Shown piece by piece: positions 11,282 through 23,278 of a DNA stretch of 64,000 nt. Under the pieces are notes generated by a model. That model saw only the letters and a list, made by a program, of their open reading frames with translations, was not told the DNA's origin and did no database searches. The stretch comes from Octopus vulgaris (lineage: Eukaryota), in assembly GCA_951406725.2 (NCBI GenBank), contig OX597819.1, forward strand, positions 76,074,001 through 76,138,000. Reading direction: 5' to 3'. Position 1 is the stretch's first letter, and each line of letters begins with the position of its first letter. A program made the translations under genes and the position numbers.

Positions 11282-13698
11282 GATCGATTGGGAGACCTTC
11301 CATTGGCCACAGAGTGCAAACGATTTTGTTGAGCTTGTGCTGGACTCAAACTGGTCACAAGTAGTCACCTCTCCAACAAGAGGCGACAACACCTTGGACC
11401 TGCTCTTCACCACAACTCCTGAAGCGGTTATCAATTGCACTACGGAGGAACCTCTAGGTGACTCTGATCATGCTATGATCATCGCCAATCTGGCTCTTGC
11501 GGGCAACAAAAACCTGAACCATCTCCAATCTGCTTCCTTCGATTGGAAGAGAGCAGATTGGAACCTGTACCACACTGAACTACAGCACCCAAACTGGCGT
11601 GAATTCTACAACTCTGGAGATGTGAATACTATACTCCAGAGTATCCTGGACTCAATATGGGCAGCATGTGCAGCATCAGTGCCACGTAAACAAAAAAAGA
11701 AGAACCGCCCCAAAAGGGCAATTTGGGAAACTTCAGCGGTCCGACTTGCCAGGAGGGAACGTCGGACTGCTGAACGGGAATACAGGTTGCATAAATCAGA
11801 CACCAACAGGAAGAAGCGGAATAAATCCTCCAACCATCTCAAGCAAGTAACAAAAAAAGCAGTGCTTGAATTTGAACAGTGCATAGCAGCCAATCCTGAC
11901 AGCAAGGTTTTCTGGAAATATGTGCACTCAAAGCAGAGACCTCACTCTCCAGTGGGCCCTCTTCGCAACCCTCACACAAACCAGATCACTGACGACCCCA
12001 AGGAATGCGCAGAACTCATTGCCGAGTGCTATGCAAACATATTCACTGTTGAAAGTCAAAATGTACCATCTTCACCATCACTAACAGCAAACTCCATAAC
12101 AACTATGGAGTTTACACCTGCAATGCTGCGACGTCACCTTCAAAATAAGCGCAACTATGCCTCCCCTGGTCTCGATGGAGTTACATACCTGCTTCTCAAA
12201 CGTGGCAGGCACTTCCTTTTACACCAGCTTTCTATTTTCTTCCAGTACTGTCTCAACAATGGTGCTACTCCGGAGCAGTGGAAAACTGCCAGTGTCATTC
12301 CTCTGTTCAAAAAGGGCGACCGCACATCACCTATCAACTATCGCCCAGTCAGTCTCACTAGCTGTATTGCAAAACTGATGGAATCGTGTGTCAGAGAAAC
12401 ACTCTGGAACTTCTGGAGCTCTCACAGTCTCATCCGACCCTCACAATATGGATTTGTCCCTAACTCCAGCTGCAGTGACCAGCTTGTCGAGTTCCTTGAG
12501 GACATTACTCAGATTACTGACAGTGGCTCATGGGTGGATGTTGTCTACCTTGACTTTGCTAAGGCTTTCAACTCTGTGCCACACAAAAGGCTTATGGTGA
12601 AACTCTCTGCAATGGGTGTGGGGGATGACCTTTTTAACTGGTTGAAATCCTTCATCCTCAGCCGAAAGGAGGTAGTCACAGTTCTAGGACAGCACTCTAC
12701 ACCATATGAGATGTCATCGGGTGTACCACAGGGATCTGTCCTTGGTCCCCTCTTGTTTGTGGCATACATTAACGACATAGATGCCAATTTAAAGAATGCC
12801 ACAGTATTGAAATATGCAGACGACATCAAGCTGTACCTTGAAATCAAGAGGACAGATCCTGATGTCTACAACTCTTTCCTGCAATCAGACCTAGACACAA
12901 TGCAGCAATGGATCACAGACTGGCAACTGAAACTGGCTGTGGACAAGTGTACCACCATGCATTTTGGGAGAAAAAACCCTGCGTTCACTTACTCCCTCCA
13001 CAACACTGATATCAAGAAATCCTCTTGCGAGCGTGACCTAGGCATCACTGTCAGCAGTGATTTGCGTTGGTCAAAGCATATCTCTAAGATTGTCAGGAAG
13101 GCCGAGGGTGTCTTGGCATCACTCAGCAGGTCTTTTGTTAGCCGCTCTCCAGCTATCTATTTAAAACTGTATACAGCTATAGTACGACCACACTTGGAAT
13201 TCGCATCATCAGTTTGGAACCCCTATCTTGCACAGAACATTGACCTCCTGGAATCTGTCCAGAGACGTGCAACCAAACGCATACCCTCCATCAGACACCT
13301 ACCATATTCTGAGCGCCTTGTTTCCCTGGGCATGGATTCACTGAAGCTCCGGCGTTTGGCGACGAACTTGGTAAACACCCACAAAGTTATCAACCACCTC
13401 ACCAACAACAACACTGAACACCTTTTTGATCTCCATGTGTCTAACACACGTGGACATGCCTACAAAGTCAGAAAACAATACAGCTCCCATGACTTTCGGA
13501 AACATTTTTTCACGCTCAGAGTTGCTGAAGCATGGAATAAACTGCCTGCGTCAGTTGTTGACTGCCATGACACTGCATCTTTTAAGGCCCTCATGCTTTC
13601 CGAAATCCGCCGAAACTACACCTGATTATATATACACTTTAGATGAGTTGTAGTGCACCTGAGCACTGTACACAATTATTATTATTATTATTATTATA
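11282..13698 (+). mobile_element. 5'-truncated CR1-clade LINE with a short 3' UTR and (ATT)n tail
   Basis: Starts in the endonuclease C-terminus (IDW...PTRGDNTLDL...LGDSDH), contains the full RT, and ends in (ATT)n. Confidence 0.93.
11337..13625 (+). CDS. LINE ORF2 (partial APE endonuclease and reverse transcriptase), 762 aa uninterrupted
   Basis: Motifs SPGLDG, NYRPVSLTS, QYGF, YLDFAKAFNSV, SGVPQGSVLGPLLF, YADD, ERDLGI, VRPHLEF, LESVQRRATK, WNKLP. Confidence 0.92.
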   Translation: MLDSNWSQVVTSPTRGDNTLDLLFTTTPEAVINCTTEEPLGDSDHAMIIANLALAGNKNLNHLQSASFDWKRADWNLYHTELQHPNWREFYNSGDVNTILQSILDSIWAACAASVPRKQKKKNRPKRAIWETSAVRLARRERRTAEREYRLHKSDTNRKKRNKSSNHLKQVTKKAVLEFEQCIAANPDSKVFWKYVHSKQRPHSPVGPLRNPHTNQITDDPKECAELIAECYANIFTVESQNVPSSPSLTANSITTMEFTPAMLRRHLQNKRNYASPGLDGVTYLLLKRGRHFLLHQLSIFFQYCLNNGATPEQWKTASVIPLFKKGDRTSPINYRPVSLTSCIAKLMESCVRETLWNFWSSHSLIRPSQYGFVPNSSCSDQLVEFLEDITQITDSGSWVDVVYLDFAKAFNSVPHKRLMVKLSAMGVGDDLFNWLKSFILSRKEVVTVLGQHSTPYEMSSGVPQGSVLGPLLFVAYINDIDANLKNATVLKYADDIKLYLEIKRTDPDVYNSFLQSDLDTMQQWITDWQLKLAVDKCTTMHFGRKNPAFTYSLHNTDIKKSSCERDLGITVSSDLRWSKHISKIVRKAEGVLASLSRSFVSRSPAIYLKLYTAIVRPHLEFASSVWNPYLAQNIDLLESVQRRATKRIPSIRHLPYSERLVSLGMDSLKLRRLATNLVNTHKVINHLTNNNTEHLFDLHVSNTRGHAYKVRKQYSSHDFRKHFFTLRVAEAWNKLPASVVDCHDTASFKALMLSEIRRNYT

Positions 13699-14269
13699 AG
13701 CCATCGCGGTAATAATATTAGTAGTAGTGACAGCAACAGCATTGATAGTAGTAGTTGAATTGTAACAACAACAACACCATCGAAAGTAGTAGTAGTTCTA
13801 ATTGTAGAAGGGGTAGTAGGAGCAGCAGCCGCAGCAACTGCAGCAATAGCCGCAGTAATATGTAGTAGTAACGTTTGCTACTCGCCTTTTCATCGAAGAA
13901 ATCGACTGTACAGGTATAGTGTTTTTACTATAAGAGATTTTTACTCCGCGGTAACCGCAATGAATTTGCCTTTAGATGTTTAAATACGTCACAAGCATAT
14001 TTTAACTAAGCTAAGCTGGCTTATGCCTAAACACTGCCTTAGTGATTCATCAAACATAGAATTGCTAACTATGTATTCGTTCGACATGCTAGAAGTGGCA
14101 GACAAATTTTCTAAAATCACATCCTATCGTCTTAAAATGAGGTAGGGAACATAACATAAGATATATAAAAATATCGGAGAGTGGTTACTGGAATGCTTTT
14201 GATAATAAGTTTGATCAGGTAGGTATACTTACATTAGTATCTTAGATGCCATAAGGGAACAGCAGATTA

Positions 14270-14530
14270 CCTCGTTACTTGAGTGGTATCTTATTTTTAT
14301 CAATGCAGTGAGAATGAAATCAGAGTTGATAAGGGTGAGATTTGAACTCATATCTAGTATGACTTATAAAAATAGAATTAAGTCTTGATCACTACTTTAT
14401 ATTATCAAACCCTAGAAGGACAGCAATATGAACTTGGCGCAATTTGAACTGAGTACAACAAGAGTCGCAAGCAAATACCGCAACATACTTTATCCGATGA
14501 TTTATCGATTCAGTCAAGACACCGCCATTT
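14270..14530 (-). mobile_element. Two old fragments of SINE family A
   Basis: Diverged ...ttgaactc(a/t)g... B-box and core matches on the minus strand. Confidence 0.45.
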
Positions 14531-15541
14531 TAACGAGTATAATAAATAAAAAGACATTGTTTTATTTAACAAACGAGAAAGGATGGCTCTATAAAATCAA
14601 AAATACGTTCACTTACTACAAATGAACATTTATGTTCCACGTGAGAATACAAGCAGTAACACACTTTACGAGCAATAGAAAGAAACAAAAATGAAAGTGA
14701 GGGAGAGAGAGTAACAAAGACCGAGAGAAAAGGAGAGAGAGAGAGAAAGAGAAATATAGAAGAAAATATAAGAGAGGGCAACATATATAGAGCCAGAGAA
14801 AAACACATACATTTATTCTACTGAGCCCGTGGCATAGAAAATTACAGTGAGAGTAAAGTCAGGTCATATTTTAACGAACCAACAGAAGATATACTTTAGA
14901 TGCAGAAGATAATAATGACATTGTATAAAAATAAAAAAAAACGGGGAGAGACAACGTACTGAACATAGTATTATGACAAAAAGCAAACAGATAAACGATA
15001 CAAGATAAAATTTTGTCTCATACACACACACACACCCATGTATATGCATATTGTGCATGTATTCAAAAGAAGTAATATTTATCAAAAGAAGTAATATTTA
15101 TGCGAAGTTATCGTGATACATGCAGTAAAAATGTCTCAAGCACTGGCTCGAACTTGTGCGTACACTATTACACTTAATATGAAAAACCTTTAGTAAATGG
15201 TAATATTAAAAATTGCTTCAGATAGAATAATTTCATGAACCAGGAAGCTCAATCGAACTGATGATGAACTCTTATGTTTGTGTGAAAGATTTCTTCTTTT
15301 TTTTTGTTATTTAGAAAAGAGGCAAGTCCATATTTGCCTTTGAACCACATGGTTTCGGATTCGATTCTTCTACAAGACATCTTGGAAAAGCGGTCCTATC
15401 ATAACTTTCTGTACACTAATACATTGCATGAAGAATCTCATAGACACAGTGCATACATATATACATACATCCATATGTATAGCTATGCATGTTTACATAT
15501 ATATATATGTGTGTGTGTGAGTACATGTATTTATATATATA

Positions 15542-16168
15542 TATTCATATAAATACAGTGTACATTTAAACACATAAGAGGTATCCTTCATAGGATTCTT
15601 TTCACGCTAGAAGGAACAGCTAAAGTCCAAACCACTATTAGGATAAAAACTCGAAGGGAATGAAAAATAAAAACATTTGCCCTCTATTTTCTGGACCATG
15701 GTTTCTGACTTCATTTAGCAAATAAAATAATTTTGCTAGGCGAAGTCTTCACCAACAGGTACGCCTAGATTAAACATATAAGTATGAGGCAAATCCAGAA
15801 CGTGCGTCTTGCTTGTACATTATAGGTTTTCAAATCCACCGTGCAAGCACAGTATTTTTTCTGCAGCAGAATGTTGATGAAGACTTCGCCTAGCAAATTA
15901 TTTTATTTTTTTAAAAGTCAGAAACCATTGTCCAGGAAATAGATGGTAAATGTTTTTACTTTTCATTCCTTTCGGGTTTTTATCCCTAATAGTGGTTTGG
16001 ACTTTAGCTGTTCCTTCTAGTGTGAAAGGAATCCTATGAAGGATACCTCTTATATTTTAAAATGTACACTGTATTTATATGAATAATATATAATCTATTG
16101 ACGAATTTTTCTACACTCTAGGCCACAGGTAGTAACATTTTCTAAAATCTTTATTACTCTGATAGTAT
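15542..16168. mobile_element. Palindromic non-autonomous PLE-like element: arms 15542-15757 / 15872-16085, one-sided tail to ~16168, in (TA)n
   Basis: About 215-bp inverted repeat with a hammerhead-like fold in each arm and (TA)n flanks. Confidence 0.8.
15691..15759 (-). ncRNA. Hammerhead-like motif (partner copy at 15874-15936, + strand)
   Basis: Two-arm consensus cctg-TTGATGA-a-gacttc..tagcaaa..ttgcta..gaagtc-a-GAAAC-catg-GTC-cagg; palindrome ACCATGGT; each copy carries substitutions. Confidence 0.6.
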
Positions 16169-16177
16169 TATATATAC

Positions 16178-16236
<59 letters not shown>

Positions 16237-16817
16237 CATATATATACTTGCTTCTCACAGCTATTCAAAAAACCCAAAAAGGAAATAAATATTTGCGATA
16301 CTTAAGCAAAAACAAATAATATTTTCATGTATAGCAAATCTATTGTTGAATATAACCAATTTTAGCAATTGAATCTCCAGTTACTGCAATTATTATTTCG
16401 AAATTACAAAAGACCTTCATAGGTTGGAATACTTCACAGAGAAACGAATATTGTTCTAAAATGTATTCACCACGACAACTTCTATCGTTTGGTGCGTTTT
16501 ACACATATGCTACTGAAGACATAAAAATATCGCATTTGAAGTGAAGAATATATAATAGGTAGTCTGCATATGATATTTAAGGTACGTGACGCAGTTTCTA
16601 ATGTTATTTTACATACAATAAAAATCTCAGTAACTTGTAATTTTTCAAAGGATTTACATAATTTTTGCATGTATATTCTCCTTGTTTCAGTTGCACGAAT
16701 AATTAGTAAGTAAGAGTTGGGGCAGAAACATCAAGCAAGTCAAAATATTAGCTTCTAATAATTATGTAAAGTAAGTACTCCCTTCATAAAATTCGTACAT
16801 GAGTTCACCAAATATAC

Positions 16818-16966
16818 ATTATTTAAATTATTTACATTTGATGGATATTTGTCCTCATCTTGTTTCTTTTTAACACAACATTTCGGCTGATATACCCTCC
16901 AGCCTTCATCAGGTGCTTTGGGGAAATTTCGACCCTGGGTTCTCCTTCCTAAGGTAGTTTTCGATC

Positions 16967-17022
<56 letters not shown>

Positions 17023-17079
17023 CTTGTTCTTGTTTTTCTTGTTCTTCTTGTTCTTCTTCTTCTTCTTCTTCTTCTTCTT

Positions 17080-17142
<63 letters not shown>

Positions 17143-17270
17143 GTTATTATTATTGAGCTCGGAATCTTGGGGTTAGTGGCCCGCGCTCAAGATTCCGAGT
17201 TCGATTCTAGGCAGTGACCTTAATAATAATAACAATAATGATAATAATAATGACAACAACATCGAAAAAT
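16818..17270. mobile_element. tRNA-headed, hammerhead-tailed element (family H), palindromic with a collapsed centre and truncated right arm
   Basis: Matches 21769-22451; the left arm carries a hammerhead on the minus strand (16872-16916); centre ctcggaatcttg...caagattccgagttcgattc. Confidence 0.8.
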
Positions 17271-17499
17271 AGAATAAGTCTTCATTTCTAATATGACCTC
17301 CTCCTATTAGTCATCACTGCAAGAAAATGGTGAATCTTAAAGTTATGATTATCTTTCATTCTGTGAAAATAGATCAAAGAAACTCGTCTTCATCAGCTTC
17401 AAATGCATTCAACAGATCAGATGAGACTTCCAACCGTCTCTCCTTCAGGATGGGCAGCAACTACCGTGATAACCACATTGCATACACTGTCCGATACAT

Positions 17500-18340
17500 G
17501 ATTATAAACAACATGTCATCAAACTGTCCGACAATCTCAGAGGGTTTACATAGATGATGTGCAGAAAGGGAAAGAAAAATTTAAAGAAGGGGAAACGATT
17601 ATTGAACACAGACCGCGTAGTGGAAATAGTAAACTGCTTGTACTAATGCGAATCGCCTGCGGCTGGACGACTTGACCAGACTGTGATCACAATGCATAAC
17701 ATAAAAGATGGTGGGCGACTTTGTATATCAGAAAGTGTGTGCACCGTGGATTATCATGGCTGTTGATATCCAATTCGAAAAGGCAAGGGAGGAATTCTGC
17801 TCTCACCTCTAGTAAGCTTTTGAAATCAATGAAGACAGGTTTTGTTTTCGATCTATTGACAAGGGATGTAACATGATCATATCTTTAAGATCCGAAAACG
17901 AGGACTCAGTCAATTGAATAGTGTCACACCTCTTCTCCAAAGTCTAAGAAGATCAAGAGCTAGCGAGCGGTAGAGATGTACTGGTGAATGTGCTGAGAGA
18001 TGACCAGAACATTGCTCTCTCTCATTAACTGGAACATGACTGAACTATAAACAGTGAGATGTACATTCAAAATACACTTTGGCAACAAATCAGGCAATCG
18101 GCACATTAGACAGTTCATTGATCTCCAATAGCCTGGATGTGGCGGCCTCCGACTGCTGCTTGTCCAGACCAATTAAGCGCACTCTTTTAGGTCAATGTGG
18201 AATGCAGATGAAGAGAAAGTGTTTGTAAAAATGTGGATGAAACAGTACGCATTCGAACTTTTACTTTCAAAAAGGATTCGATAGTTGGGTTCAACTATAA
18301 CGCCGGCTAATCACTTGTATAGAGGAAGAGTTACTCTACG
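17500..18340 (+). mobile_element. Highly decayed mariner transposase relic
   Basis: Fragments IEHRPRSG, (R)KVCAPWI and TRDVT*SYL*DPKTRTQSIE*..SSPKSKK correspond to the mariner PRSG, WVPH and TGDETW..YDPE..QS motifs. Confidence 0.65.
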
Positions 18341-18559
18341 AAGGTGTGCAATTTGAGCAATTTATGTCAATTAAGAATGGTTATGCATACGTTCATATTA
18401 CTATCGATCCAATTATATTACACACACACACATATACACACACGACATTAGCTCACGCACACGTACTCACACACACAAACAAACAAACAATAATAATTCC
18501 AAATACAAATAGGAATTGTAAATACAGAAACTAATCTGCTACATCAGATTCTCGTTCCG

Positions 18560-19290
18560 ATGCGAAATATATACTGGCCAAATGGGAAACTCAATATCAG
18601 AACGCACACAAGTACAATGGCAACAAATTAGGGAGCCTACTGTTTATCAAATCCCAATCAGAAACATATCGTAGATTTTTAATATTTACAATTTATAAAC
18701 TTTACAACTCAAGTACAGTAAGACGAAGAGTAAAAGAAACGAATTTTATTGACTATTACACACACATTCTAGAGGGACAATAGTATGAATTATAATATTT
18801 GTATTGATTTAAAATTGTTATTAGCCAAAACTAACAATGTTATGTTTATAAGGTACTGATGTATCCCAAGCTACATAGTTGTGGTCTAGTATAGAGAGAC
18901 AACAGGGTGATGCCGTCAGTAGGAGAGGTTGCGAAGGTGAAAGGAGAGAGTGAATTATAGTATCAGAATAAAACAGAAGACACTAAGCTAAGATTTGTAA
19001 ATATAAGTCACAGTACTTTAGAACAAGACAAGAGAATATGAACGAGAAAGCAACAATGGAGAAATGAAAGCCAGTGCCGTATTCCAACACCACCAGCATT
19101 GTGATGAAGATTTCTCCACCCGTATACTGGCAAGGGAAACGGATATAGTCAAACTCCGAATAAAGGAGGCATATTTAATAAAAAAAGAGGCCTCAACCGC
19201 CGTAATGAACCTGACGGCTGAAAATTCATCTATTGCTTCTTGAAGCTTTGACCAACGCTAGCAATAACCACCATATAGAACGTCTGATGA
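18560..19290 (+). mobile_element. Decayed Penelope-like element 3' portion (GIY-YIG C-terminus)
   Basis: 19075-19200 reads AVFQHHQHCDEDFSTRILARETDIVKLRIKEAYLIKK, the PLE endonuclease C-terminal pattern; CTGATGA remnant downstream. Confidence 0.6.
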
Positions 19291-19418
19291 AAGCGCTGAT
19301 TTTTCTTATGCTTAACCGAAGAACTAGCACCAAGTCTGTACTAGTAGGTTGTATCGGTCTGTCTGTTTGTCTGCCTGCCTGCCTGTCTGTCTGCCTGATG
19401 ATCCAGCTTCTTTTCTGA

Positions 19419-19690
19419 GGGTTTCCTAACAGTTCATGTGACACGTGACCGACCAGGCTATCAGACATTTTTACACATCATGGTCGCAATGCGCTTGTCC
19501 ATTGTTTTAGCCTTTAAATGATGCCACCATGCTGGCTAGGCGAGCAGAGCAGGCCAGCATTCTCCTCTGATCGAAAGGGGGGCTGAAGCAATGTGAAATA
19601 CAGTGTTTTGCCTAAGAACAAAACGCACCGCCTAGTCAGGGAATAGAAACCTCGATCTAGCGATATTGAGTCCAACAGCCTAACCGCTGC
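19419..19690 (-). mobile_element. tRNA-derived SINE (third family) relic
   Basis: Minus strand has tRNA-like head (cggttaggctgttggactc...ggtttctattccc) and a CORE-like tcttaggcaaaacactgtatttcaca. Confidence 0.6.
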
Positions 19691-19936
19691 CTCAGCTTTT
19701 CACTTTCTCGTTTTCATTTTTCACTTGTTACACTCTTTTACTTCTCCTCTCTTATTCATAAGTCTTTTGACTTGTATTTACTTCTCTCAGTTCCCCTTAA
19801 CTTAGCTTAGTGTCCTCTGTTTAATTCCAATACTATACTTCATTCTCCACTTTCACCTTCACAACCTCTCCTACTAACGGCATTACCCTGTTTTCTCTCT
19901 ATACTATATGTGTGTTTATGTATACTTGCATACATT

Positions 19937-19967
<31 letters not shown>

Positions 19968-19972
19968 GCGCG

Positions 19973-20040
<68 letters not shown>

Positions 20041-20447
20041 CGTGAACGCAAACAAATACACAGAAATAAATAATAGAAACTCGCCGAAGGCCACCACACA
20101 GGAGGAGAAATTTTCAGAGGAAGAACTCCCATCTGACAAGTATTTCGACCCTCTTTATACTTGATACTCTACGGGAGACCAGGTCATGACTCCAAGGTGT
20201 CCTCCTACTGTTTTCCCAAATCCTGTTTCTAACAGGATCCGAAATTGTTCTTCCAGGTCTGCGTTTCAGTCCACTAAGCCACTCTGACCGGCGAAGGAAC
20301 CAGATCTCTTCCGCCTTATATTTTCTGTAAAGAACTAACGGAATTCATAACTAGATCCGTTGTTCATTTCTCCTTGCTCATATCCACATTGATCTCTTTT
20401 CAGCAACATCAGACAAGTGCTTGATTGTTGCAGTTCTGCGACCCTTG

Positions 20448-20493
<46 letters not shown>

Positions 20494-21359
20494 TATTATA
20501 TATGCAAACACACACGCATATATATATATGTAATCATACACACATATATGGTATGATTTTGTTTTAGCTGTCAACTTTTTTACAAGTTTGAGAGGCAACC
20601 TGGGAATTGTTTAATTTTCTCATCTTTGTGAATTGATTAATAACCAACAAAATATTTCATTTTTTCTAATTAATTTTGAATTCATAATTAAATTTCAATA
20701 TCTAAACACAATTTTTCTGTTTTTGCAGACAGTCACTTTCGACATTTCGTGTTATCTTTTGAACAACTAGTCACAGAAAATTCACTTGCTATATTAATTA
20801 GACTACACAGGACAACAACTGACAAAAATAAGAGTTAAGATAAATATAAAACTTCGATAAAAACCGATGTAAAATAATGTTTATAAATCAATTTTCCATC
20901 TCCCTACAATTTTAACTATATCAATTAGTATCAAACATTTTTATTTGTGCTAATCAATTCTTTCTTACGTCATTTTTTGTCACGTATAATCTAGTTAATA
21001 CAGAAACACTATCATAATTTTCCTCACGATGGATTTGTTTCTTTTGCTGTGATTAACACCGTCTTAAACCCGCTCTACTTTGCCCTCACTCCTTTTCAGC
21101 CACTCTCTACTTGTCTCTTGTTTCTTAGTATTTCTCGCTACCCATTTCTGATGATTTCCATCACATTTTTCTATTGCACTCCCTATCAGGCTGCATTTAA
21201 AGTAGTCTTTTCAAATTTCCTTCTTAGGCTAGGATTCTCTCTCTGTTTCTGTCGCTATTTTAAAGACGACCTTTTCTTAATACTTTGGACTTCATTTGCC
21301 GTACTATAAAGAATTATATTTCAGTCATATGTATTTGCATTCGTAAGATTTAATTGTTA

Positions 21360-21451
21360 TTTATTTAATTTAATTATACATTTATTTAATTATCCATTTA
21401 TTTAATTATCCATTTATTTAATTATCCATTTATTTATTATCCATTTATTTA
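21360..21451. repeat. ~16-bp tandem repeat (atttatttaattatcc)n
   Basis: Direct reading, about 5 units. Confidence 0.8.
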
Positions 21452-21501
21452 TCTCGGTGTTTTGCAAACGAGCTATACCAACTTTTCACAGCCGGACCCA
21501 C

Positions 21502-21609
<108 letters not shown>

Positions 21610-21812
21610 TTATCTACCTGTCCTGAATAGGTAGGGATACATATGATACATATGTATGTATATATATATATATATATATATATGTACATATATATATATA
21701 TACACTTATATATGCATATATATATAAATAGTATATATATAGAGAGAGAGAGAGATATATTAATTACCTTATTTACCATTAACGGATATTTGCCCTCATC
21801 TTGTTTGTTGTT

Positions 21813-21858
21813 AACACAACGTTTCCGCTGATATAGCCGCCAGCCTTCATCAGGTGTC
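21813..21858 (-). ncRNA. Minimal hammerhead (family H, left arm)
   Basis: gacac-CTGATGA-a-ggctg..cagcg-GAAAC-GTT-gtgtt; one stem II mismatch. Confidence 0.65.
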
Positions 21859-21995
21859 TTGGGGAAATTTCGAACCTGGGTTCTCTTTTCTAAGGTATTT
21901 TGTCAATGTTGTTGTTCTTGTTGTTATTATTGTTGTTGTTGTTGTTGTTATTATTATTACTATTATTATTATTATTATTATTACTATTATTATTA

Positions 21996-22096
<101 letters not shown>

Positions 22097-22329
22097 TTTA
22101 CTGCCTGGAATCGGACTCGGAATCTTGGATCTAGTAGCCTGCGCTCTTAACCAATGCAACATATGCCTGTGGGTTAGTGGTCAAGAGCGCGGGCTACTAA
22201 CACCAAGATTCCGATTTCGATAGCAGCGACCTGAATAACAATAACTATAATAATAATAATGATGATAATAATAACAACAACATCGAAAAATATTTTAGCA
22301 ATGAGAACCCAGGTTCGAAATTTCCCGAA

Positions 22330-22375
22330 GACACCTGATGAAGGCTGGAAAGTATATTAGCCGAAACGTTGTGTT
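22330..22375 (+). ncRNA. Minimal hammerhead (family H, right arm), no stem III loop
   Basis: gacac-CTGATGA-a-ggctgg aaagtata ttagcc-GAAAC-GTT-gtgtt; palindrome AACGTT. Confidence 0.78.
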
Positions 22376-22450
22376 AACAACAAAATGAGGACAAATATTC
22401 GTCAATTTTAAATAATGTATATACTTCCTCATCTCTTAAATATAGAACTG

Positions 22451-22490
<40 letters not shown>

Positions 22491-22835
22491 GGATCTAACG
22501 TATTACATTTAATATAATTTGAGAATTAATTTCGTAAGACAATATATTATTTAATTATTAGGTGGCATATTTATTATGTAATATTAAATTTTAATTTAAT
22601 TAGGTATTATATTAATTGATATTTAGTCAACTATGTTATAGATTGATATATTAAATCTAAAGATACTACACATGTATATTAATTATATAGTTAGCTTATT
22701 TAATGAGCTTGTCTATATTTGAACCATTTCGTATTTTGATTACAATTTAATGACTTGTACTAGCATTGTGTATTTTAATTAATTTTAAAGTATTTAATAA
22801 TTTAAGTATTGCTTTAGTTTTCACTTTATATTTAG

Positions 22836-22876
<41 letters not shown>

Positions 22877-22916
22877 ATATTTATTAATTAATTATTTTAT
22901 CATTCTAGCTTAATTT

Positions 22917-23005
22917 TATCCTGATGTGTGGCTATATTTATATCGAAGTGACTTTACTACTACTATAATCATTTCTTAAATATAGCCACGAAACACGTGT
23001 CGTTA
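22917..23005 (+). ncRNA. Hammerhead with perfect 13-bp stem II and A9>U substitution, inside an AT-rich element between (TA)n arrays (22871-23130)
   Basis: tatc-CTGATGT-gtggctatattta...taaatatagccac-GAAAC-acgt-GTC-gtta; palindrome ACACGTGT. Confidence 0.7.
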
Positions 23006-23194
23006 TTCTACCAATTATATATTTACTTAATCATTGATATTTTCTTGTTATTTTAATTTCAGTATTTCTATTATATGTAATTTTCTAGATGGTGTACTTT
23101 AATTGTTTATTTTGAATTGATAAAAGGTGTTTTTTTTTCAAATTTTATTTATATATATATATATGTATATGAATATATACATACATACACACAT

Positions 23195-23278
<84 letters not shown>

